Shown piece by piece: positions 1-8,764 of a stretch of DNA of 64,000 nt. Origin of the DNA: Chlamydiia bacterium (lineage in GTDB: Bacteria > Chlamydiota > Chlamydiia > Chlamydiales > JAAKFR01); assembly GCA_963827485.1 (NCBI GenBank), contig CAWHBB010000004.1, forward strand, positions 98,627 to 162,626. The letters run 5' to 3'. The first letter of the stretch is position 1. Each line of letters begins with the position of its first letter. Made by a program: the position numbers and the translations under genes. Below the pieces are notes generated by a model. That model made no database searches and was not told the DNA's origin. It saw only the letters and a list, made by a program, of their open reading frames with translations.

Positions 1-203
1 CAACCGATGGCAATCCCTATGGGATCGAGGAGAATCTGGTCTTCGGCTTTCCCTGCCATTTCAAAGGGGAGGGTAAATATGAGATCGTCCCGAATTTGGA
101 GTGGGACTATTTTATCAGGGAAAAAATCGCGATCACGCAGAAGGAGCTCATCGAAGAGCGCGAGTGCGTGAGGCGCTATCTGGAGGGCAAAATCGATGTC
201 TGA
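1..203 (+). CDS. mdh: Malate dehydrogenase, C-terminal part (runs in from the left edge)
   Basis: The frame from nt 3 reads TDGNPYGIEENLVFGFPCHFKGEGKYEIV...ELIEERECV*, typical of type-2 MDH C-termini. The stop overlaps the gltA start (ATGTCTGA). Confidence 0.85.
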   Translation, partial: TDGNPYGIEENLVFGFPCHFKGEGKYEIVPNLEWDYFIREKIAITQKELIEERECVRRYLEGKIDV

Positions 204-1380
204 GGAGGTGCTCTTCGTCATCACCAAAGAGAATCTGGATACCGGTCTGAGGGGCTTTCCTGTTGGAACCTGCGTGACCTCGACGGTCCATCCAGAGAAG
301 GGGCTCTCCTATGCAGATATTCCCGTCTCGGAACTTGCCTACCATCGTCCTGAGCAGGTGATCTACCTGCTCCTGCATGGGAAGATGCCCTCAGAAGAGG
401 AGGAGGCGAGGTTCACCTCGGATCTCAAGCGCCGCACTGAGCTACCCGATGAGGTCTACAGGGCGATTGAGGCGCTGCCGCGCGAAGCTGAGCCGATGTC
501 GCTCTTTGCATGTGCGATTTTGGTCGCGGGAGCCTACCAGTGCAAAAAGGATTACTATGAAGACTGTCTGAACCTGATTGCCAAGATTCCTCTGATCACT
601 GCGGCGGTTATCAATCACCATGCGGGATGGCAAGGGCAGCGCTCCTCGCGGCCCGAGCTCGGCTATATGCAGAACTTCAGTCAGATGCTAGCGGTCCCAG
701 AGGCCTCTCCCAAGCTTGCCGAAGTCTTTGGGCTTGTGAATATCCTCCACTACGATCATGGAGGGGGCAACCTCTCAGCATTCACTGGGAAGGCGGTTGC
801 CTCGGGGCTTGCCGATCAGTATGCATCGATTGCATCGGCGATGCTTGCGCTCGGAGGGCCTCTTCATGGAGGGGCCTCAGAAGAGTCTCTGAAGATGCTC
901 AAAGATCTCCTTGCTAAAGTGGGCAGCGATCTGGAGAGCAAACGGCTTCGAGAGTATATTCAGAGAAGGCTTGAGAGGCGAGAGGTCATCTATGGATATG
1001 GCCACGCTGTTCTGCGTCTTGAGGATCCTCGAGCGGCCATTCTCTATGATTTTGGGGAGAAGCACTTCTCCTCACACCCTATTGTGAGGGCAGCGCTTGC
1101 ATTGCGAAGAGAGGCGCCTCCTATTCTCAAAGAGAATCCCAAGATCAAAGACCCTTACGCCAATGTGGATGCGGTCACCGGGGCCATACTCGCGGCAGCA
1201 GGTTTTGATTACTCCCACTATTTTCCGGTGCTCTTTGGGCTCGCTCGTACCGTGGGCATCTCGATCCAGATCGCCTATGAGCGGCTTGAGGCGAGGGATG
1301 GCAAAGGGACGCCGCTTGTTCGTCCCAAATACCTCTACCAGTCGCGCAAAGCTGCTGCAGCCAAATCGGTTGGCGGTTGA
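196..1380 (+). CDS. gltA: Citrate synthase
   Basis: Motifs DHGGGNLS, GPLHGGA, GYGHAVLR and YANVD; 394 aa. Confidence 0.93.
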   Translation: MSEEVLFVITKENLDTGLRGFPVGTCVTSTVHPEKGLSYADIPVSELAYHRPEQVIYLLLHGKMPSEEEEARFTSDLKRRTELPDEVYRAIEALPREAEPMSLFACAILVAGAYQCKKDYYEDCLNLIAKIPLITAAVINHHAGWQGQRSSRPELGYMQNFSQMLAVPEASPKLAEVFGLVNILHYDHGGGNLSAFTGKAVASGLADQYASIASAMLALGGPLHGGASEESLKMLKDLLAKVGSDLESKRLREYIQRRLERREVIYGYGHAVLRLEDPRAAILYDFGEKHFSSHPIVRAALALRREAPPILKENPKIKDPYANVDAVTGAILAAAGFDYSHYFPVLFGLARTVGISIQIAYERLEARDGKGTPLVRPKYLYQSRKAAAAKSVGG

Positions 1381-1435
1381 AATCAGCAGGTAATCGGGCA
1401 CGGGCACGCATGCGCTAACTACTACCCACATCTTT

Positions 1436-1569
1436 CTGTTCAGCTACCCTCTTGAAAACAAGTTTATCTTGCTCATCTTGCAGCGCTTCGCGATCCTGCA
1501 TATCTTGTTCTTTCTTCAAAAAGAAACAGGATGAGCATGACCCGCGAGGCGCTGCAAGATGAGCAAGAT
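1436..1569. repeat. Palindromic intergenic repeat family A, copy 1
   Basis: Perfect 21-bp inverted arms ATCTTGCTCATCTTGCAGCGC (1466-1486) and 1549-1569. Homologous to 5104-5272 and 17678-17760 in the opposite orientation. Confidence 0.9.
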
Positions 1570-1620
1570 CGGCTCTAGCGGTAGGATATGCCAAAAGTTC
1601 TTCTATGAACGGCATCTTGT

Positions 1621-2664
1621 CTAAGGCAGTAGATCCTGAGGAATGAGAGAGGGGTTGTCGCTGAGGATGGCCTGAGCTAGGTTTTTGCCGAGAGCGCCGT
1701 GGTAGAGAAGCCCCTTGGCGCCAAGACCGGTGATGCACCACTCCCTCTTCGATACCTTCCCAACGATGGGAAGCTTGCGCTTGGAGGTGGCGCGGATGCC
1801 GCTCACGCATTCGATCAGCTCCATCTTTTCCACCGGCGCGAAGAAGGGGTTGATCCTCCCATGGATATCTGGAAGGGCAAATTCAGGATCGGGGAAGTGG
1901 TGCGCAAAGCTCGTTTCAAAGGTGGCCCCAGCGATGCAGCTCGAAAGATCCTTGGACATCACCAGGTAGCCGTCGCCCACAAGGCTCATCGGCAGAGGCT
2001 TGAGATGGGCAGGCCAGCGCAGTTTGAGCAGCTGCCCCTTCACCGAGAGCAGAGGGAGATCTTTGAGCGCAGGCAGATGCTTCGAGCTCGATCCCATCGC
2101 ATAGACGATCACCTGGTAGCGCTCGAGACGCTTGTCGCCCGGCTGTATCGCCTCCTGATGGAAGGTCCCTGCCATCTTGGCAATGCCCTGCCAGAGCCCC
2201 TCCAGATAGAGAGGCACATCAAGCGTGAGCCCCGATCGGATGTAGAGGCCGCCGCTCTCCTTCGCAGGCAGGATGAGCCCCTCGATCTTCTCCTCGCACT
2301 CCTCTCGGCTCCACCAGCTGCAATCGGCCGGATTCTCTTGAGCTCTTGCTTTGAAGGCAAGCTCCTGCTCAGCTCTTACCGCCGGCCGAAGGATTCCCTT
2401 CGAAAGCACCACCCGGCCGCCTATTGCCTGACTCGCCTCGCCGATGAGGTAGTGCGCCTCGTCCAACTTCTTGCTCTCTTCGAAAATCCGCTTGGCCTCT
2501 TTGCCTGTAAAGGGGTGCAAGAGCCCTGAGGATAGCCCTGAGGTGCTTTTTCCAATGGGAAGCGGATCGTAAATATCGATAGAAACTGAGCCCTGCGAGA
2601 GATAGATCAGGTGCCAAGCTGTCGAGAGGCCCGCAAAGCCTGCACCTAGAATGGCGACGCGCAT
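1621..2664 (-). CDS. FAD-dependent oxidoreductase (DAO/DadA-like)
   Basis: N-terminal VAILGAGFAG FAD-binding motif, SGLLHP, KGQ and C-terminal TGLGAKGLL. The start is placed at MRVAIL (2670 is also possible). Confidence 0.88.
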   Translation of the reverse strand: MRVAILGAGFAGLSTAWHLIYLSQGSVSIDIYDPLPIGKSTSGLSSGLLHPFTGKEAKRIFEESKKLDEAHYLIGEASQAIGGRVVLSKGILRPAVRAEQELAFKARAQENPADCSWWSREECEEKIEGLILPAKESGGLYIRSGLTLDVPLYLEGLWQGIAKMAGTFHQEAIQPGDKRLERYQVIVYAMGSSSKHLPALKDLPLLSVKGQLLKLRWPAHLKPLPMSLVGDGYLVMSKDLSSCIAGATFETSFAHHFPDPEFALPDIHGRINPFFAPVEKMELIECVSGIRATSKRKLPIVGKVSKREWCITGLGAKGLLYHGALGKNLAQAILSDNPSLIPQDLLP

Positions 2665-2713
2665 ACGCATGTGAGTGCCCAAGAAATCGCTTCTGGATTA
2701 CAATAATACAAAG

Positions 2714-2879
2714 GAGACCTCTCTGCAACTTCATTTGGGGCCAAAGATCGCGCTTTTGCCCGCGGGCGCTCCGGGGCGCAAATAGCCTACTTTTAGCCAA
2801 GTAGGTCAATTTGCGACCCCGTGCGCCAGCGGGCAAAATCATCGATTTTGGCCCCGAAAGCAAATTACGCAGAGGTCTC
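2714..2879. mobile_element. 166-bp MITE-like long palindrome with a putative 5-bp target-site duplication (CAAAG)
   Basis: Ends GAGACCTCT...AGAGGTCTC, with nested inverted arms along its whole length. CAAAG lies at 2709-2713 and 2880-2884. Confidence 0.7.
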
Positions 2880-2900
2880 CAAAGTCTAGCAATTATTGGG

Positions 2901-3695
2901 ATGAAAAAGGGCCGATTTCTTTTTTTGGGTACAGGAGCCTCAGCAGGTGTGCCGGTCGTGGCGTGCTCTTGCCCTGTCTGCCTCTCGACCAATCCTAAAA
3001 ACAAACGGATGCGCCCCTCAGCGCTCCTCTCGATCGATGAGAAGAAAATCCTGATCGATGTAGGTCCCGATTTTAGAATGCAAGCCATTAATAATAAGAT
3101 AGATAAGATAGACGGCGTCCTCGTCACGCACACCCACTACGACCACGTTGCGGGCATCGATGAGCTGAGAGCGTTCTACCTTCTACACAACCGGAGTGTG
3201 CCGCTTCTGGCCTCCAAGGAGTCGATCGAGGAGCTCCGCTTGCGCTACCACTATCTCTTCGCACCCAAAAAGAGCAAGGGGCTCGCTGCCCAGATCGAAT
3301 TTCAAGAGCTTGAAGGCGAGAGGGGAGAGCTGCTTTTCCAGGGCATAGCCCTTCGCTACACCTCCTATTTTCAGGCGGCGATGAAGGTGAATGGCTTTCG
3401 CTTTGGCTCCCTTGCCTATATCTCCGATATCTACGATTATCCTCCGACGATTTTCGAAGATCTTCGAGGGGTTGAAATCCTCATCGTCAGCGCGCTTAGA
3501 AATACCCTTTCACCGGTCCACTTCACCTTTGATGAGGCAGTGGCCTTTGCCGAGAGGGTGGGAGCGCGGCAGACCTACTTCACCCACATCTCGCACGAAA
3601 GCGACCACGATGAGATCGAGGCGAGATTGCCGCCCGAGGTGAGACTTGCCTACGATGGCCTAGAACTTGAACTGAGAATCGATAATGGATCTTGA
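2901..3695 (+). CDS. MBL-fold metallo-hydrolase (PhnP-like)
   Basis: FLGTGASAGVPVVACSCPVC, THTHYDHVAG, THISH and LAYDG. Confidence 0.9.
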   Translation: MKKGRFLFLGTGASAGVPVVACSCPVCLSTNPKNKRMRPSALLSIDEKKILIDVGPDFRMQAINNKIDKIDGVLVTHTHYDHVAGIDELRAFYLLHNRSVPLLASKESIEELRLRYHYLFAPKKSKGLAAQIEFQELEGERGELLFQGIALRYTSYFQAAMKVNGFRFGSLAYISDIYDYPPTIFEDLRGVEILIVSALRNTLSPVHFTFDEAVAFAERVGARQTYFTHISHESDHDEIEARLPPEVRLAYDGLELELRIDNGS

Positions 3696-3715
3696 ACTGA
3701 GAATTGAGAATGGAT
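3666..3715 (+). repeat. 25-bp tandem duplication at the PhnP-like/hflX junction, creating mini-ORF 3685-3717 (MDLELRIENG*)
   Basis: CTTGAACTGAGAATCGATAATGGAT followed by CTTGAACTGAGAATTGAGAATGGAT (2 mismatches). Confidence 0.8.
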
Positions 3716-5047
3716 GAAGAAGATGAAGAGATCTTAGAGGATCTCGAGGAGGAGGCAGGGGAAGAAGAGGTCGGCTTAATGCCGACTGAGGGCAAACCCA
3801 CGCGCGCCTATCTCGTCGGCTTCTATTCGGGCCAAGCAAACCTCCCTCTTTGCGAGGAGTACCTGGCGGAGCTGGCAAGCCTTGCAGATACCTTTGGAGT
3901 CGATGTGGTGGGTAAAATGGCCTGCCCGCTTCGAAAAATCGATGCCGCTACCTACCTGCACAAGGGCAAGCTGGAGGAGATCAAAAATGAGATGGTCGTC
4001 TTAGAGGCCAACCTGGTGATCTTTGACGAGGAGATCTCGCCTGCTCAGCAGCGCAACCTAGAGAAGATCCTCAAGGTGGCTGTGATGGACCGCACCGAGC
4101 TCATCCTCGAGATCTTTGCCCAGAGGGCGCAGACCAAAGAGGCCAAGCTGCAGATCGAGCTGGCCAAGGTGCGCTACCAATTTCCCCGTCTGAAAAGGCT
4201 CTGGAGCCACTTTTCTCGTCAAAGAGCGACCGGCGGCTATCTGAAGGGGCCGGGTGAAAAGCAGCTGGAGATGGACAAACGGATGCTGAAGCGCGAGCTC
4301 GAGAAGCTGCGCAGCGAGCTCAAAGAGGTGGTGCGCTACCGAGAGGTGCAGCGCCAGCAGAGGGTGCGTTCGGGCACTCCCACTTTCGCTATCATCGGCT
4401 ATACCAACGTCGGCAAGTCGACGCTGCTCAACGCGATGACAGGCGCTGGGGTTCTGGCTGAGGATAAGCTTTTTGCCACCCTCGACCCCACCACGCGCAA
4501 ATTCGTGCTGCCCAACCACCAGGATATTCTCCTGACCGATACGGTGGGCTTCATCCGAAAACTGCCTCACACCCTCATTGCGGCCTTCCGAAGCACACTG
4601 GAGGCGGCCCTGCACGACGATGTGCTGGTTCATCTGATCGATATCTCCCATCCGCTTGCTGAGCAGCAGGCAGAGACCACCTACGAGCTGCTCAAGGAGC
4701 TCAATGCTGAGGAGGAGTCGGTCATCACGGTGCTCAACAAGGTGGACCAGTGCAGCGATCCCAGCCGGATCCAGAGGCTCCAGCACCGCTACCCCAACAC
4801 GGTGGTGATCTCGGCGCTCAACCGGACAGGGCTCGACGATCTGACAGCTCTAATGGTGGAGATCCTCGCCTCGAGGAGGACCATCGCGAAATTCAAGATT
4901 CCTCAGAGCGAATATGGGCTTGTCACCGAACTCAGACGCTTCGGCCATGTCTATTATGAGGAGTATGAGGATAACGACGTGATCGTGCGCGCCGAGCTTC
5001 CGCTGATCCAGATGCATCGCTTCGAGCGCTACCGCATCCACGATTAG
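3710..5047 (+). CDS. hflX: Ribosome-splitting GTPase HflX
   Basis: GYTNVGKST, DKLFATLDPT, DTVGFI, NKVD, GPGEKQLE. Confidence 0.96.
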   Translation: MDEEDEEILEDLEEEAGEEEVGLMPTEGKPTRAYLVGFYSGQANLPLCEEYLAELASLADTFGVDVVGKMACPLRKIDAATYLHKGKLEEIKNEMVVLEANLVIFDEEISPAQQRNLEKILKVAVMDRTELILEIFAQRAQTKEAKLQIELAKVRYQFPRLKRLWSHFSRQRATGGYLKGPGEKQLEMDKRMLKRELEKLRSELKEVVRYREVQRQQRVRSGTPTFAIIGYTNVGKSTLLNAMTGAGVLAEDKLFATLDPTTRKFVLPNHQDILLTDTVGFIRKLPHTLIAAFRSTLEAALHDDVLVHLIDISHPLAEQQAETTYELLKELNAEEESVITVLNKVDQCSDPSRIQRLQHRYPNTVVISALNRTGLDDLTALMVEILASRRTIAKFKIPQSEYGLVTELRRFGHVYYEEYEDNDVIVRAELPLIQMHRFERYRIHD

Positions 5048-5055
5048 GGAACGCC

Positions 5056-5081
5056 CCTCAGAGCGAATATGGGCTTGTCAC
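5056..5081 (+). repeat. 26-bp exact copy of hflX nt 4901-4926, just after the hflX stop
   Basis: CCTCAGAGCGAATATGGGCTTGTCAC at both sites. Confidence 0.85.
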
Positions 5082-5103
5082 ATAAATCGGCAAATTAACC
5101 ACA

Positions 5104-5272
5104 ATCTTGCTCATCTTGCTCATCTTGCTCATCTTGCTCATCTTGCTCATCTTGCCGCTTCTCGCGATCGTGCTCATCCTGTTTCTTTTTGAAGAAAGAA
5201 CAAGATATGCAGGATCGCGAAGCACGGCAAGATGAGCAAGATGAATTTGTTTTCAAGAGGGTAGCTGAACAG
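5104..5272. repeat. Palindromic repeat family A, copy 2, with an expanded 9-mer (ATCTTGCTC)x5
   Basis: Reverse complement of 1436-1569; the left arm carries 5 full copies plus 1 partial copy of the 9-mer. Confidence 0.9.
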
Positions 5273-5293
5273 TACGTTTATGCACTGGGGCAA

Positions 5294-5857
5294 TTAGCTG
5301 GGGAGTGGGTAGTGCGTCACGAAGCGTTTGCCTTCTCCCTTTGCATCCCTAGTCTCAAGGGCCTGATCGACGAGGACAGGCGATGAGAGAAATAAAAGCG
5401 TGCCGCCAAGCTCCTGCGGACTCAGGAAACCAGGAGAGGCGCTGCAGGTGATGGCAAGGCCCACCATGATAAGCAGAGATAGTATTGCTAGAGTCGAAAG
5501 GCCATTGAACTCTTTAGGCTCTCCATAGCGCTTGAGCCGAGTCTGCATATAGAGCTTAGAGACAAGTGCGAGGGTGATGAAAATAGAGCTCGCCAGTGCA
5601 AGGTTATAAGCGTTATAGCTGTTCAACTGGACGGTGCCTAAAAAGGCGATGACGAGAATGGCGATGAGAAGCATCGTTTTAACTTTAGACATGTCAAATC
5701 TGCCCTCTTTTGCCCTCTCAGCTCTATAGGGCCTAATCACTACCTCCATGCCGTTGGGTATGAAATAGGAATAGCCCTCCCAATGCCCACCCTCTTCTCG
5801 AGCCATTTGCCTCGGTTGAGGGTCTAAACGGAAGAATCCAGTTATTTGTGAATGCAT
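5294..5857 (-). CDS. Four-TM membrane protein, paralog of 5861-6430
   Basis: Shares WEGYxYFIPNGMEV, LKRYxEPKxFNGLS and PQxLGGTLL with its neighbour. Confidence 0.8.
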   Translation of the reverse strand: MHSQITGFFRLDPQPRQMAREEGGHWEGYSYFIPNGMEVVIRPYRAERAKEGRFDMSKVKTMLLIAILVIAFLGTVQLNSYNAYNLALASSIFITLALVSKLYMQTRLKRYGEPKEFNGLSTLAILSLLIMVGLAITCSASPGFLSPQELGGTLLFLSSPVLVDQALETRDAKGEGKRFVTHYPLPS

Positions 5858-5860
5858 ATA

Positions 5861-6430
5861 TTAAGTCTTGATGCTTTTGCCTTTCCCCTCTGCACGCTTG
5901 GTGGCGCGCAGCGCCAGCATCTCAAGGCCTTGATCGACGAGAACGAGATATGAGAAGAGAAGAAGCGTGCCCCCGAGCTGCTGGGGCGCCATAAAACCGG
6001 GCGCAAAAGTGCAGGCGATGGCAAAGGCCGCCATGATAAGCAGAAATATAATGGCTGTGCTCGATAAGCCGTTGAACCGCTTAGGCTCTTCGTAGCGCTT
6101 GAGCTGAGTGTGGAGGTAGATCTTGGAGATAAGCGTGAGGGTGATAAGGACAGCGCATGGCAGGGCAACCGAAAAGGTCTCTGCTGTTGTCTCGAAACAG
6201 CCGAAAAAGGCGGTAAAGATAATAGCTGCAAGAAGGACCACTTTAATCAATGAAATGACAAAGTTGCCATCCATCTCTCTCTCAGCCTCAGAAGGCTTTA
6301 CATGGACCTCCATCCCATTGGGTATGAAATAAGTATACCCCTCCCATTCCCCACCTCCCCATCGCGGCAGCTTAATAGGTCGCTCCCCGAGGCGCAAGAA
6401 TCCAGTTGTTTTCAGTAAAGAGTTGGCCAT
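5861..6430 (-). CDS. Four-TM membrane protein, paralog of 5294-5857
   Basis: Same shared motifs; two hydrophobic hairpins. Confidence 0.8.
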   Translation of the reverse strand: MANSLLKTTGFLRLGERPIKLPRWGGGEWEGYTYFIPNGMEVHVKPSEAEREMDGNFVISLIKVVLLAAIIFTAFFGCFETTAETFSVALPCAVLITLTLISKIYLHTQLKRYEEPKRFNGLSSTAIIFLLIMAAFAIACTFAPGFMAPQQLGGTLLLFSYLVLVDQGLEMLALRATKRAEGKGKSIKT

Positions 6431-6490
6431 ATCTTAACAACATTTTAATATAAATTCGCTTTTAATCCTAGAAAAGATATAGTGTTTTGA

Positions 6491-7765
6491 ATGTCTAATA
6501 GATTTAAAAAATTTCGTATCGAAGTGCTCGGCTGCCGCACCAACCAGTATGAGGCGCAAGGCTTTCGCGATCAGCTTAAAGCGCTTGGCTATGAGGAGGC
6601 AGAAGGAGAGGAGAGAGCCGATCTCTGTCTCGTCAACAGCTGCACCGTGACCCAAGGGGCCGATTCCGCCTCAAGGCGTGAGATTCGCAAGCTCGTGCGC
6701 CAAAATCCCGGCTCTAAAGTGGTTGTCACCGGCTGCCTTGCCACCCGCCGTCCCGATCTTGTCGGCGCCATCGAGGGCGTCACCCATGTGGTGGACAATA
6801 GCCGAAAAGAGGCGCTCCTCGAAGAGGTTCTCCTCGAAGAGCTCCCCTCACAAGAAAATTGGCCCGAGTTCAAAATCAACCGCTTCGAAGGCCATAGCAG
6901 AGCCTTTGTCAAGGTGCAAGATGGCTGCAACTCCTTCTGCACCTACTGCATCATTCCCTACGTAAGAGGACGCTCGCGCTCGCGTACTCCAGAGGCCATT
7001 CTCTCCGAGATAGAGGGACTGGTTTCTAGCGGCCATAAAGAGGTGGTGATCACTGGAATCAATGTAGGCGACTTTGAATCGGAGGGCATGAGACTCGCTG
7101 AATTGATGCGCAAAGTCGATCAAGTACCTGGAATTCAAAGAGTTAGGCTATCATCGATCGATCCTGATGAGGTTGATGACGCCCTCTTGCAGGCGATTCT
7201 CGAGGGGAGCCACACCTGCCATTCGATGCACATCGTTCTACAGGCCGGCTCCAATGCGGTTCTGAAGCGCATGAATCGCAAGTACACCAAGCAGATTTTC
7301 CTCGAGACGATCGAACGCATCCGAGCCGCCTCTTCGGATTTCACCTTCACCACCGATGTGATCTTTGGCTTCCCAGGAGAGAGCGAGGCCGATTTCGAGG
7401 AGACGCTCTCCCTCATCGAGGCGATCGAGTTTGCCAAGGTGCACTTTTTCCCCTACAGCAAGCGGGAAAGGACGCGGGCCGCGAGCTACCCAGGACAGAT
7501 CGATGCCCAGACGCTCATGAGGCGCAAGGAGAGAATCAAAGAGGTGTCGGCGCGCTCCGAGTTTTCCCTCAGAAATCGCTTTCTCGGCAAACGCATGGAG
7601 CTCCTTCTAGAGGGACGCGATGAGAGCGATCCCGAGCTGATCTGGGGCCACACAGCAAACTTTCTTAAAGTAGCCGTTCGCTCAAAGGAGCTTGCTCCAA
7701 ACAGCCTTGTCGAGGTCGATCTCATCGAAAACGGCCCTCACTTTTTAACCGGTAGAGCACTATGA
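6491..7765 (+). CDS. mtaB: tRNA t6A37 methylthiotransferase MtaB
   Basis: LGCRTNQYE, NSCTVT, radical SAM CNSFCTYC with KVQDGC, HFFPYS. Confidence 0.93.
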   Translation: MSNRFKKFRIEVLGCRTNQYEAQGFRDQLKALGYEEAEGEERADLCLVNSCTVTQGADSASRREIRKLVRQNPGSKVVVTGCLATRRPDLVGAIEGVTHVVDNSRKEALLEEVLLEELPSQENWPEFKINRFEGHSRAFVKVQDGCNSFCTYCIIPYVRGRSRSRTPEAILSEIEGLVSSGHKEVVITGINVGDFESEGMRLAELMRKVDQVPGIQRVRLSSIDPDEVDDALLQAILEGSHTCHSMHIVLQAGSNAVLKRMNRKYTKQIFLETIERIRAASSDFTFTTDVIFGFPGESEADFEETLSLIEAIEFAKVHFFPYSKRERTRAASYPGQIDAQTLMRRKERIKEVSARSEFSLRNRFLGKRMELLLEGRDESDPELIWGHTANFLKVAVRSKELAPNSLVEVDLIENGPHFLTGRAL

Positions 7766-8745
7766 AGATAGAGATCGCTGCACGCCTCAGACCCTTTTCA
7801 AAGAGAGCGGGCATCTTTGCGCTCATTCCTAGAAGTCCTTTCGCTGCCGAGGTCTTCCCCACTCTCATCCGTCTCTACGAGGTGAGCGGCCCCGAGAGAA
7901 AGCTGCTCTCTGAAAAGCCGATCCTCCATGAAGAGCTGCCATCCCCTGAAAATCCCTTCACCCTCTTCCAAGATCTCGAAAGAGGGGTGCTCTCGGTTCT
8001 CTTTGCTCGCAAACGGCTCCACATCCTGCCCACCCTTGACATGATCGAAACGCACCGTCCTCCTAGCCTCATGGAGAGCTTCCCGGAGCGACTTTCGCTC
8101 GGCTCTCATCGCAAGCAGGAGTGGGAGAGAATCGCCTCCAGGATAGATCTACAGACCCTTTTTCCGCTTTGGTATCGACTCGCATCCCTTGCCCCGACGC
8201 AAGGCGAGAGGGGCTCAGGGGGCATCTTTTCGCTCCTTCTCGAGATCCAAGAGCTGCTTGCGGGCAGGCGCCCCGAGAGGCTCATGGCCGCATTCCGAAA
8301 GCTCTTTTTGGCAGGCTTCAAGGATATGCTGGTGCCGCGCCTTCAAGATGAGGAGCATCGCGCTCTCGCTCCTCCCCTCTCTCAAGCCGGCTCGCCCCTG
8401 CTTCTTTTGAAGGAGAGCGCCGCGCTCATGAGAGCGCTCTTTGTCGAAGAAGGGCACTCATCGCTCTCCATCCTCCCCAACCTGCCTCCAGAGCTACCTG
8501 AGGGCCGCTTCATCAACATCGCTCTCAAAGTAGGACGACTGCACATCGAGTGGTCGAAAAAGGCGACACGCCTCATGATCCTCGAGGCGGACAATGCGGG
8601 ATCGCTCCTTCTAAAATTCCCCTCATCGGTCGAGGGGTATCGCCTGAGAAGAGGCGCATCTGATCGAGGGATTTGGCTCAAAAATGAGGCTCTGCTGGAA
8701 ATAAATCCAGGAGAGCGATATCTCTTAGATCGATTTCAAAAATAA
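7762..8745 (+). CDS. Conserved hypothetical protein upstream of glgB
   Basis: 327-aa ORF coupled to mtaB by ATGA. C-terminal LSILPNLP..GR..GRLHIEWSK. From memory, it resembles the gene preceding glgB in Chlamydiae. Confidence 0.75.
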   Translation: MKIEIAARLRPFSKRAGIFALIPRSPFAAEVFPTLIRLYEVSGPERKLLSEKPILHEELPSPENPFTLFQDLERGVLSVLFARKRLHILPTLDMIETHRPPSLMESFPERLSLGSHRKQEWERIASRIDLQTLFPLWYRLASLAPTQGERGSGGIFSLLLEIQELLAGRRPERLMAAFRKLFLAGFKDMLVPRLQDEEHRALAPPLSQAGSPLLLLKESAALMRALFVEEGHSSLSILPNLPPELPEGRFINIALKVGRLHIEWSKKATRLMILEADNAGSLLLKFPSSVEGYRLRRGASDRGIWLKNEALLEINPGERYLLDRFQK

Positions 8746-8764
8746 AATACATAGTTATCCCGCC

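Noticed and set aside
5189-5386. ORFs reading KKEQDMQDREA.QDEQD (also within 1415-1810)
   Set aside because: These are translations of palindromic repeat family A and overlap real genes on the opposite strand or in another frame.
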